This document shows positions 40,043 through 48,493 of a stretch of DNA of 64,000 nt, one piece after another. The stretch is from Escherichia coli (GTDB taxonomy: Bacteria > Pseudomonadota > Gammaproteobacteria > Enterobacterales > Enterobacteriaceae). Location of the stretch: NCBI RefSeq assembly GCF_044324875.1, contig NZ_CP172187.1. One strand, given 5' to 3'. Position 1 is the first letter of the stretch; every line of letters begins with the position of its first letter. Below the pieces are notes generated by a model. It did not search any database. It saw nothing but the letters and a program-made list of their open reading frames with translations, and had not been told where the DNA came from. The position numbers and the translations under genes were made by a program.

Positions 40043-40564
40043 ATGGGATTTTTCTCGTTTTTACGAAAGATAAGTAATAAAGAAAAAGGGGTGGTTATCT
40101 ATGAGAAGCAGTGGTTCTCACTGCTGGAAAAGGTGAGTGCTTTTGATGAGGTCAGACAATGGGCTGAAAGTAATGGTGGAGCATATTATCCTCTGCTGGA
40201 GTGTCGTCGGCTTACAGACAGTGAAGATGTCAGGAAATCAGAGGATATACTGAACCGACTGGAGTTTATTGACAGAAGATTTCGGGAATTCATCAGCATT
40301 ATGTCTGAACATATTAATAATGATAAAACTAAATCCATGTGGGAGAGGGAATTGTCTGAATATCCACCGGAAAAAATATACCAGGTCCGGAGAGAGGGAG
40401 AACATCTGTCATTAAAAAATTACGGTGATGATATTACTCTGAACAGAGATACCGCCGTGGCTACGGTGCAGATTACTGTCAGCAGAAAATGCATTACTCA
40501 GGAAGAAATGGATGAATTATATGCATTGTCTGAGAGACTGAAAGAAAAGTGCGCCGGTAATTAA
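40043..40564 (+). CDS. hypothetical protein (173 aa, non-core, AT-rich)
   Basis: ATG after AAAGGTG; no family recognised. Confidence 0.5.
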   Translation: MGFFSFLRKISNKEKGVVIYEKQWFSLLEKVSAFDEVRQWAESNGGAYYPLLECRRLTDSEDVRKSEDILNRLEFIDRRFREFISIMSEHINNDKTKSMWERELSEYPPEKIYQVRREGEHLSLKNYGDDITLNRDTAVATVQITVSRKCITQEEMDELYALSERLKEKCAGN

Positions 40565-40590
40565 ATTATATCACTGTGCCGGGAGATGAT

Positions 40591-41229
40591 ATGAGCCGGA
40601 AAATATTTGTACTTTTTGCCCTGACAGCAGGACTGTTTATTTCTGCCCATGCTTCGGAAAATGTGAATACACCCGAAAACCGCCAGTTCCTGAAGCAGCA
40701 GGAAACACTGAGTCAGCAGTTACGTGAAAAACCGGACACACAGCTGCAGGCATGGGCAGAACAGCAGGTCAGGGCGAATCCCCTTCAGCATTCCGATAAC
40801 CAGTTTCTCGATGAACTGGTCCGTAAACAGCAGGCTTCGCAGGGTGATAAACCACAGCAGGGTGCCCTGTATTTTGTGTCGTTTTCCATACCCGAAGAGG
40901 GGCTGAAACGGATGCTGGGTGAAACCCGGCACTACGGTATTCCGGCCACGCTGCGGGGCATGGTGAACAACGACCTGAAGACCACCGCTGAAGCCGTGCT
41001 GTCCCTGGTGAAAGACGGCGCGACTGATGGTGTTCAGATCGACCCGACGCTGTTTTCACAGTACGGCATTCGCAGCGTTCCGGCCCTGGTGGTGTTCTGC
41101 AGCCAGGGGCACGACATCATCCGGGGAAACCTGCGCGTCAGGCAGGCGCTGGAGAAAGTGGCCGCCACAGGAGACTGCCGGCAGGTGGCTCAGGGACTGC
41201 TGGACGGCACCGGGGATAAATCGCAATAA
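40591..41229 (+). CDS. trbC: TrbC
   Basis: 212 aa from MSRKIFVLFALTAG; GGAGA RBS. Confidence 0.8.
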   Translation: MSRKIFVLFALTAGLFISAHASENVNTPENRQFLKQQETLSQQLREKPDTQLQAWAEQQVRANPLQHSDNQFLDELVRKQQASQGDKPQQGALYFVSFSIPEEGLKRMLGETRHYGIPATLRGMVNNDLKTTAEAVLSLVKDGATDGVQIDPTLFSQYGIRSVPALVVFCSQGHDIIRGNLRVRQALEKVAATGDCRQVAQGLLDGTGDKSQ

Positions 41230-41276
41230 GTTTACCTGCAGGCTATTACCGGATTGACCCGGACATCCGTGCACTG

Positions 41277-41597
41277 GTGTCCGCGATGAACGTGCATGGA
41301 TTTCGTACATATGCGTCCTGTCAGGGGCATGGCTTCCCTGTTACGAAACTGCCGCCTTATATCGCCTTTTCCTGTCCGGTAAAAATGGCTGCCCTTCTGG
41401 AGCAGCGACTGCGGCAGGATGCTGAATCAGCAATACCACGTCTGACATGGGGATGGTCGGTGAAGGGGACTTTTAACAGTGATTTTCAGCTTTGCTTCCG
41501 GCTTCAGCCTGAAAGCCCTCATCACTGGTATCACCGGTACTGTCGCCGCTCACTGCGTGCAGACTTCAGGACGCTGGTCCGCTTACTGAATCCGTAA
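41277..41597 (+). CDS. hypothetical protein (start uncertain)
   Basis: ORF only; no clear RBS. Confidence 0.35.
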   Translation: MSAMNVHGFRTYASCQGHGFPVTKLPPYIAFSCPVKMAALLEQRLRQDAESAIPRLTWGWSVKGTFNSDFQLCFRLQPESPHHWYHRYCRRSLRADFRTLVRLLNP

Positions 41598-41621
41598 ATC
41601 TGTTCCCGTAAGGAGGCATTG

Positions 41622-42044
41622 ATGGCGCTGACAAAGAAGCAGCGGGAAAAACTGCGTATGAAATTCGGCGGTCGTTGTGCGTACTGCGGCTGTGAACTGC
41701 CGGAAAAAGGCTGGCATGCCGACCATGTTCAGGCGGTGCTCCGCAAGTCAGAGCAGTGCATGAAGGCTGCAGAAAAGCGCATTTTCAGGCTGAAATCCAC
41801 CGGTGATGTTTTCAGACCGGAGGCCGACTGTCCGGAAAACCTCGTCCCGGCCTGTGCGCCGTGCAACCTGCTGAAAACAACATATTCGCTGGAGATGTTC
41901 AGAACGCAGGTGTCCCTGCAGGTTGAACGGGGGCGAAGAAGCAGCGTGAATTTCAGGACCGCAGAACGGTTCGGGCTGATTCAGGTGGTGAACAAACCAG
42001 TCGTGTTCTGGTTTGAGCAATATCAGAGGGAGAGTGAGGTATGA
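41622..42044 (+). CDS. HNH endonuclease-family protein, translationally coupled to traN
   Basis: CAYCGC...HADHV...CAPCN motifs; AGGAGG RBS; ATGA overlap with traN. Confidence 0.75.
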   Translation: MALTKKQREKLRMKFGGRCAYCGCELPEKGWHADHVQAVLRKSEQCMKAAEKRIFRLKSTGDVFRPEADCPENLVPACAPCNLLKTTYSLEMFRTQVSLQVERGRRSSVNFRTAERFGLIQVVNKPVVFWFEQYQRESEV

Positions 42045-43891
42045 AACGTCTTCTGCCATTGCTGCTGGGGCTGGCAGTCAGTGTGGCACAGGCTGACAGC
42101 AACAGTGATTACCGGGCGGGTTCTGATTTTGCCCGTCAGATTCAGGGGCAGGGTACAGGCAGTATTCAGGGCTTTAAGCCACAGGAGAGTATCCCCGGCT
42201 ATAACGCGAATCCGGACGAGACAAAATATTACGGTGGAGTGACTGCCGGCGGGGATGGCGGCCTGAAAAATGACGGCACCACGGAATGGGCGACCGGTGA
42301 AACCGGAAAAACTATCACAGAGTCATTCATGAACAAGCCGAAAGACATTCTTTCACCGGATGCGCCGTTTATCCAGACCGGCAGGGATGTGGTGAACCGG
42401 GCTGACAGCATTGTGGGAAACACCGGGCAGCAGTGCAGTGCGCAGGAGATAAACCGCAGTGAATTCACAAACTATACCTGTGAGCGGGACACGATGGTGG
42501 AGGAGTACTGCACACGGACTGCCAGTATCACCGGGGACTGGAAATACACGGATGAATATCGTGAGGTGACGATACCGCACTCACAGTTCCAGTTCAGTAT
42601 GAACGGGCTGAAACTGGTGTTCAGTGTCACGGCTCCGGTAACCGGTACAGTGGAAAGTGCATCATTGTCTGTATACGCCGCTTTTTTCTTCCTGAATTCT
42701 CGTTATACCTTCATGAATTCGACGTTCAATGTTGGCCTGGTAAACGGGCAGTCGGGTACTTTCCCCTTGTCCGGGGCGACAGGTTTGCAGGTGACACAGG
42801 GGCAGGTTCTGACCGGTAGTGGCTGTACTGCAAACGGTAATTGCCTCCCGCACGGGAACGGTGACAGGAAAGTCTATGAATCGCTTGTCAGTGGTGCTTC
42901 CACCTTTACGCTGAAACTCAGGATGAAGGTCCGTGATAAAGAATGGGTTCCCCGGGTGGAGTGGGTGGAGAGTTGTCCGTTTAATAAAGCGGATGGCGTG
43001 CTGAAAGGCACTGAGTGTTCAGAGCCGGGGGGTACGAAAACGGGTGTGATGGAAGGTAAACCCTGGAGCATCACACAGGCATGCTGGGCATACCGGGATA
43101 AATATGTCACACAGTCCGCAGATAACGGCACCTGTCAGAAATATGTCGATAATCCGGCCTGTACGCTGGCCTCACGTCAGTGCGCGTTTTATTCCGATGA
43201 GGGAATCTGTCTGCATGAGTATGCCACGTACTCCTGCGAGTCCAGAACATCAGGAAAAGTGATGGTCTGTGGTGGTGATGTCTTCTGCCTTGACGGTGAA
43301 TGCGATAAGGCACAGAGCGGAAAAAGCAGTGATTTTGGTGAGGCTGTATCACAGCTGGCTGCGCTTGCCGCCGCAGGTAAGGATGTTGCCGCCCTGAATG
43401 GTGTGGATGTCAGGGCTTTCACGGGCGAGGCGAAATTCTGCCGTAAGGCCGCAGCCGGCTTCAGTAACTGCTGTAAGGATGGTGGCTGGGGTCAGGATGT
43501 GGGGCTGGCGAAGTGCAACAGTGAAGAAAAGGCACTGGGAAAGGCAAAGGACAACAAACTGACGGTGAGTGTGGGCGAGTTCTGTTCGAAAAAGGTACTC
43601 GGTGTCTGCCTGCAGAAAAAGCGCAGCTACTGCCAGTTTGATTCGAAACTGGCGCAGATAGTCCAGCAGCAGGGGCGTAACGGGCAGCTGCGTATCGGGT
43701 TTGGCAGCGCCAAAAGTCCTGACTGCCGTGGAATAACCGTGGATGAACTACAGCGTATTAAGTTCGACCAGCTGGACTTCACTAACTTCTACGAAGACCT
43801 GATGAATAACCAGAAAATCCCGGACAGTGGCGTTCTGACGCAGAAAGTGAAAGAGCAGATTGCTGACCAGCTGAAGCAGGCAGGACAATAA
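42041..43891 (+). CDS. traN: TraN (Cys-rich outer-membrane mating-pair stabilisation protein)
   Basis: 616 aa; signal peptide; many conserved Cys. Confidence 0.9.
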   Translation: MKRLLPLLLGLAVSVAQADSNSDYRAGSDFARQIQGQGTGSIQGFKPQESIPGYNANPDETKYYGGVTAGGDGGLKNDGTTEWATGETGKTITESFMNKPKDILSPDAPFIQTGRDVVNRADSIVGNTGQQCSAQEINRSEFTNYTCERDTMVEEYCTRTASITGDWKYTDEYREVTIPHSQFQFSMNGLKLVFSVTAPVTGTVESASLSVYAAFFFLNSRYTFMNSTFNVGLVNGQSGTFPLSGATGLQVTQGQVLTGSGCTANGNCLPHGNGDRKVYESLVSGASTFTLKLRMKVRDKEWVPRVEWVESCPFNKADGVLKGTECSEPGGTKTGVMEGKPWSITQACWAYRDKYVTQSADNGTCQKYVDNPACTLASRQCAFYSDEGICLHEYATYSCESRTSGKVMVCGGDVFCLDGECDKAQSGKSSDFGEAVSQLAALAAAGKDVAALNGVDVRAFTGEAKFCRKAAAGFSNCCKDGGWGQDVGLAKCNSEEKALGKAKDNKLTVSVGEFCSKKVLGVCLQKKRSYCQFDSKLAQIVQQQGRNGQLRIGFGSAKSPDCRGITVDELQRIKFDQLDFTNFYEDLMNNQKIPDSGVLTQKVKEQIADQLKQAGQ

Positions 43892-43914
43892 GGTATGGAA
43901 AATAACCGGGGGAA

Positions 43915-44163
43915 ATGATGAAGGTCATATTCACGTCGAACCGTTTTATTGATTTTCTTATCCGGCTTTTGATTACAGCGATTGTCATTTCCCCGGTAAT
44001 TATCTGGTCGTGGGATACGGTAAAAGAAACCACGGCAGACGGGATGCCTGCCGCTGCTTTCGTTATCCTTTACTCCGGTGTGCTCCTGTTTATTCTGTAT
44101 TTTTGTTTTTCTGCCCTGACCTGCAGAAAACCGATGAAAGAAAAAATGATGAAAGGAATGAAG
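43915..44163 (+). CDS. trbE: TrbE-like small membrane protein; no stop codon before the in-frame traF start
   Basis: Frame continues uninterrupted into traF (ORF 43915-44907). Confidence 0.55.
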
Positions 44164-44907
44164 ATGAATAAAGCATTACTGCCACTGTTACTCTGCTGCT
44201 TTATTTTTCCGGCGTCAGGGAAAGATGCAGGCTGGCAGTGGTATAACGAGAAAATAAATCCGAAGGAAAAAGAAAATAAACCTGTACCTGCAGCCCCCCG
44301 TCAGGAGCCGGATATTATGCAGAAACTGGCCGCGCTGCAGACGGCAACAAAGCGGGCGCTGTACGAAGCCATTCTGTATCCCGGCGTGGATAATTTTGTG
44401 AAATATTTCCGGCTGCAGAATTACTGGACTCAGCAGGCCGGGCTTTTCACCATGAGTGCTAAAAAAGCTATGCTGGCACATCCCGAACTGGACTATAACC
44501 TGCAGTACAGCCATTACAACGGCACGGTCCGGAACCAGCTGGCGGCAGACCAGGCGCAGCAGCGACAGGCCATTGCGAAACTGGCTGAACACTACGGCAT
44601 CATGTTCTTTTACCGGGGGCAGGACCCCATCGACGGGCAGCTGGCGCAGGTCATTAATGGCTTCAGGGATACCTATGGTCTGAGTGTTATTCCCGTTTCC
44701 GTGGATGGTGTGATTAATCCGCTGTTGCCGGATTCCCGGACTGACCAGGGGCAGGCGCAGCGCCTCGGCGTGAAATATTTCCCGGCCATGATGCTGGTTG
44801 ACCCGAAACAGGGCAGTGTTCGCCCGTTATCATACGGCTTTATTTCGCAGGACGACCTGGCAAAACAATTCCTGAACGTTTCTGAAGATTTTAAACCCAA
44901 TTTTTAA
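44164..44907 (+). CDS. traF: TraF (thioredoxin-fold pilus assembly protein) with own signal peptide
   Basis: 247 aa from MNKALLPLLLCCFIFPASG. Confidence 0.85.
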   Translation: MNKALLPLLLCCFIFPASGKDAGWQWYNEKINPKEKENKPVPAAPRQEPDIMQKLAALQTATKRALYEAILYPGVDNFVKYFRLQNYWTQQAGLFTMSAKKAMLAHPELDYNLQYSHYNGTVRNQLAADQAQQRQAIAKLAEHYGIMFFYRGQDPIDGQLAQVINGFRDTYGLSVIPVSVDGVINPLLPDSRTDQGQAQRLGVKYFPAMMLVDPKQGSVRPLSYGFISQDDLAKQFLNVSEDFKPNF

Positions 44908-44922
44908 TCGCGGATTTGATTT

Positions 44923-45270
44923 ATGAGTGAAGATTATTTGAAACTGTTTACAGGTGTTGTTCTGTTAATATTTGTCATTATTGCCGGTTATTTCTTTTCT
45001 GAGCGTAATGACAGGAAAATGTTTCTCCTGGGCTCACTGGTTTTCCTTGTTATTAATATCGCGTGTTTATATGTGCTGACTGCCAGTCTCTGGTTTCTGT
45101 GTGGTGCAATTATGAATCAGGGCGCAGCAATGGTTGTTCCAATGGTTATTGGCTCATTACCGAACGTTACGAGCTTCGACGGGTTCAGAAGAATATTTAT
45201 CTGTATTATGTTGTCATCAGTATGGTCCGGAGTGATGTGGTTTTTTATAAGGGGGCTTATGACAGGCTAA
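44923..45270 (+). CDS. trbA: TrbA
   Basis: 115 aa hydrophobic; position. Confidence 0.7.
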   Translation: MSEDYLKLFTGVVLLIFVIIAGYFFSERNDRKMFLLGSLVFLVINIACLYVLTASLWFLCGAIMNQGAAMVVPMVIGSLPNVTSFDGFRRIFICIMLSSVWSGVMWFFIRGLMTG

Positions 45271-45271
45271 G

Positions 45272-45586
45272 TCATATAAAACGGTCATAAAAACCATGCA
45301 AAATAATGAGGTTGATTACTGAAGACCATATGATAAACCATACCGCAATCCAGTGGCTTCTGAATAGCTCACAAAAATAAATATAGATAATTGAAAATAA
45401 CCATAATACAACGATGCCTGCTGCGATACTTAATAAACTTATTACAAGATAGTCAGGGAAGGCATTGACCGGTAATGAATGTGATGCTGCATATATCAGC
45501 GCAATAATTGCCGCATTTCCCAGTAACGACTCTCTTATTATGTTTCTGATTATTTCCAGTTTTTCTTTAAAAGATCGCTTTTCCAT
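45272..45586 (-). CDS. artA: ArtA (anti-sense-oriented small membrane protein)
   Basis: 104 aa on the opposite strand between trbA and traQ, as in F. Confidence 0.65.
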   Translation of the reverse strand: MEKRSFKEKLEIIRNIIRESLLGNAAIIALIYAASHSLPVNAFPDYLVISLLSIAAGIVVLWLFSIIYIYFCELFRSHWIAVWFIIWSSVINLIILHGFYDRFI

Positions 45587-45666
45587 TTGTACCTCTGATT
45601 AATATCACACAAACGCGAATATTACAGACATGAATACTCTCATGTAAATAATAACCGGAGTTTAAC

Positions 45667-45951
45667 ATGATAAGTAAACGCAGATTCTCTTTACCCCGGC
45701 TTGATATTACGGGAATGTGGGTATTTTCCCTGGGTGTCTGGTTTCATATCGTCGCCCGTCTTGTTTACAGCAAACCCTGGATGGCTTTTTTTCTGGCGGA
45801 GCTGATTGCGGCCATCCTTGTGCTGTTCGGCGCATACCAGGTGCTGGATGCATGGATTGCCCGTGTCAGCCGGGAAGAGCGTGAGGCACTGGAAGCCAGG
45901 CAACAGGCCATGATGGCAGAGCAGCAGGAGGGCGGACATGTCTCTCACTAA
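45667..45951 (+). CDS. traQ: TraQ (pilin chaperone)
   Basis: 94 aa; position. Confidence 0.8.
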   Translation: MISKRRFSLPRLDITGMWVFSLGVWFHIVARLVYSKPWMAFFLAELIAAILVLFGAYQVLDAWIARVSREEREALEARQQAMMAEQQEGGHVSH

Positions 45952-46483
45952 ATTACTGCCGGTCATTTTGTTGATGATGGCCACAGGTGTGCAGGCCTCC
46001 ACCCGGGATGAAATTGAACGACTCTGGAATCCGCAGGGTATGGCCGCGCAGCCTGCACAACCGGCAGCAGGCACGTCAGCCAGGACAGAAAAGCCGGCCC
46101 CCCGCTGGTTCCGCCTCAGCAACGGCAGGCAGGTTAACCTGGCCGACTGGAAGGTGGTGCTGTTTATGCAGGGGCATTGCCCTTACTGTCACCAGTTTGA
46201 CCCGGTACTGAAACAGCTGGCACAGCAGTACGGCTTTTCCGTTTTTCCCTACACCCTGGATGGTCAGGGTGATACCGCCTTTCCAGAGGCATTGCCGGTG
46301 CCACCGGACGTGATGCAGACCTTCTTCCCGAATATCCCGGTGGCCACACCGACCACCTTCCTGGTCAACGTCAACACGCTGGAAGCATTACCGCTTTTAC
46401 AGGGGGCAACGGATGCCGCCGGTTTTATGGCGCGGATGGATACCGTTCTGCAGATGTACGGAGGAAAAAAGGGTGCGAAATAA
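45938..46483 (+). CDS. trbB: TrbB (thioredoxin-like, CPYC)
   Basis: 181 aa; CPYC motif. Confidence 0.85.
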   Translation: MSLTKLLPVILLMMATGVQASTRDEIERLWNPQGMAAQPAQPAAGTSARTEKPAPRWFRLSNGRQVNLADWKVVLFMQGHCPYCHQFDPVLKQLAQQYGFSVFPYTLDGQGDTAFPEALPVPPDVMQTFFPNIPVATPTTFLVNVNTLEALPLLQGATDAAGFMARMDTVLQMYGGKKGAK

Positions 46484-46787
46484 GCAGGTGGTGTTACTCA
46501 TTGCCGGAATATCCGGCATCGCGACGGGAATAATCGTCAGCCTGAATATCACCTTTATTCGTCAGGGACTTTTTTATCCCGCCAGCCCTGTAGAAATTGT
46601 CGTTTCGCTGTGTCTTACCTTTTCTGTTTCTGTTGTGTTTTTTGTGGGGGCAATTGTGGGATGGATTTTGGTGTCTGAAATATATTACAGCCGCATGACC
46701 GGTCTGAATGAATCATCAGTAATTTCAGAGGAAACTTATAATGACAGAAAACAAAAAGAATCAGGAATTCAAAATAAGAAAAATTAG
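46473..46787 (+). CDS. trbJ: TrbJ (GTG start)
   Basis: Position and hydrophobic profile. Confidence 0.6.
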   Translation: MRNKQVVLLIAGISGIATGIIVSLNITFIRQGLFYPASPVEIVVSLCLTFSVSVVFFVGAIVGWILVSEIYYSRMTGLNESSVISEETYNDRKQKESGIQNKKN

Positions 46788-47133
46788 ACGGAATATTGAG
46801 TATAGTTTCAGAGGTTCTGACAGATATTTTGATTTGTTTTTTGTTTTCCTTGTTGCCGGAATTGTTTTATGGGCAGTTATGCACGTTATTTTCGATGTCT
46901 GTATTGATTCGTGGATGGCCGACCCGAAATTACTTAATTTCCAGTATATGTGGAATGTTCTGATGAAAGTCATTCCGTTTACGTTATGGGCGCTGGCAGC
47001 AGGGTTTCTTGTTACATTTTTTCTGTCCCCAATGTGCGAATTAATATTCGGAAATATCGGGATATTCCTGCTGAAATGTCGTATGCGCCGGGAGAACAAA
47101 TTAAGGGAGGGCAAGAATGATGCCACGCATTAA
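46741..47133 (+). CDS. trbF: TrbF
   Basis: 130 aa; position. Confidence 0.65.
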   Translation: MTENKKNQEFKIRKIRRNIEYSFRGSDRYFDLFFVFLVAGIVLWAVMHVIFDVCIDSWMADPKLLNFQYMWNVLMKVIPFTLWALAAGFLVTFFLSPMCELIFGNIGIFLLKCRMRRENKLREGKNDATH

Positions 47134-48493
47134 ACCTCTTCTGGTTCTTTGTGCCGCTTTACTGACGGTCACACCCGCAGCGTCAGCGGATGTGAACAGC
47201 GACATGAATCAGTTCTTTAATAAGCTGGGATTTGCTTCCAATACCACACAGCCGGGCGTCTGGCAGGGGCAGGCCGCCGGCTATGCTTACGGTGGCTCCC
47301 TGTATGCCCGTACTCAGGTCAAAAATGTTCAGCTGATTTCCATGACGCTGCCGGATATCAATGCCGGATGTGGTGGCATCGACGCCTACCTCGGTTCGTT
47401 CAGTTTTATTAATGGCGAGCAGTTGCAGCGTTTTGTTAAGCAGATTATGAGCAATGCTGCCGGTTACTTTTTTGACCTTGCCCTGCAGACAACGGTGCCG
47501 GAAATAAAAACCGCAAAAGACTTCGTACAGAAAATGGCAAGCGACATTAACAGTATGAACCTCAGTTCCTGCCAGGCTGCACAGGGGATTATCGGCGGGC
47601 TTTTCCCCCGGACGCAGGTGTCCCAGCAGAAAGTCTGTCAGGACATTGCCGGTGAGAGCAATATTTTTGCTGACTGGGCGGCTTCCCGGCAGGGATGTAC
47701 CGTTGGCGGGAAATCTGACAGCGTCAGGGATAAAGCCAGCGACAAGGATAAGGAGCGGGTGACCAAAAACATCAACATCATGTGGAATGCGCTTTCCAAA
47801 AACAGAATGTTTGACGGCAACAAAGAGCTGAAAGAGTTTGTGATGACGCTGACCGGCTCACTGGTGTTTGGTCCCAACGGCGAAATCACACCGCTGTCGG
47901 CCAGAACCACTGACCGCTCAATTATCCGGGCCATGATGGAAGGCGGCACAGCAAAAATTTATCACTGCAACGATTCGGACAAGTGTCTGAAGGTGGTGGC
48001 GGATGCAAATGTGACCATCGCCCGGGATAAAGCCCTGAAGTCACAGATTACAAAACTGCTCACCAGTATTCAGAATAAAGCGGTCAGCGACACGCCTCTG
48101 GATGACAGGGAAAAAGGCTTCATTTCCAGCACCACCATCCCCGTCTTTAAATATCTGATTGACCCGCAGATGCTCGGTGTTTCCAACAGTATGATTTACC
48201 AGCTGACGGACTATATCGGTTACGACATCCTGCTGCAGTACATTCAGGAGCTGATACAGCAGGCCCGGGCGATGGTGGCCACAGGAAATTATGACGAAGC
48301 AGTTATCGAACATATTAACGACAACATGAATGATGCCACCCAGCAGATTGCGGCGTTTCAGTCACAGGTGCAGGTACAGCAGGATGCGCTGCTGGTTGTC
48401 GATCGTCAGATGAGCTACATGCGTCAGCAGCTTTCCGCCCGCATGCTCAGTCGTTACCAGAACAACTATCACTTCGGAGGGAGCACGCTGTGA
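47117..48493 (+). CDS. traH: TraH
   Basis: 458 aa; signal peptide; synteny. Confidence 0.9.
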   Translation: MMPRIKPLLVLCAALLTVTPAASADVNSDMNQFFNKLGFASNTTQPGVWQGQAAGYAYGGSLYARTQVKNVQLISMTLPDINAGCGGIDAYLGSFSFINGEQLQRFVKQIMSNAAGYFFDLALQTTVPEIKTAKDFVQKMASDINSMNLSSCQAAQGIIGGLFPRTQVSQQKVCQDIAGESNIFADWAASRQGCTVGGKSDSVRDKASDKDKERVTKNINIMWNALSKNRMFDGNKELKEFVMTLTGSLVFGPNGEITPLSARTTDRSIIRAMMEGGTAKIYHCNDSDKCLKVVADANVTIARDKALKSQITKLLTSIQNKAVSDTPLDDREKGFISSTTIPVFKYLIDPQMLGVSNSMIYQLTDYIGYDILLQYIQELIQQARAMVATGNYDEAVIEHINDNMNDATQQIAAFQSQVQVQQDALLVVDRQMSYMRQQLSARMLSRYQNNYHFGGSTL

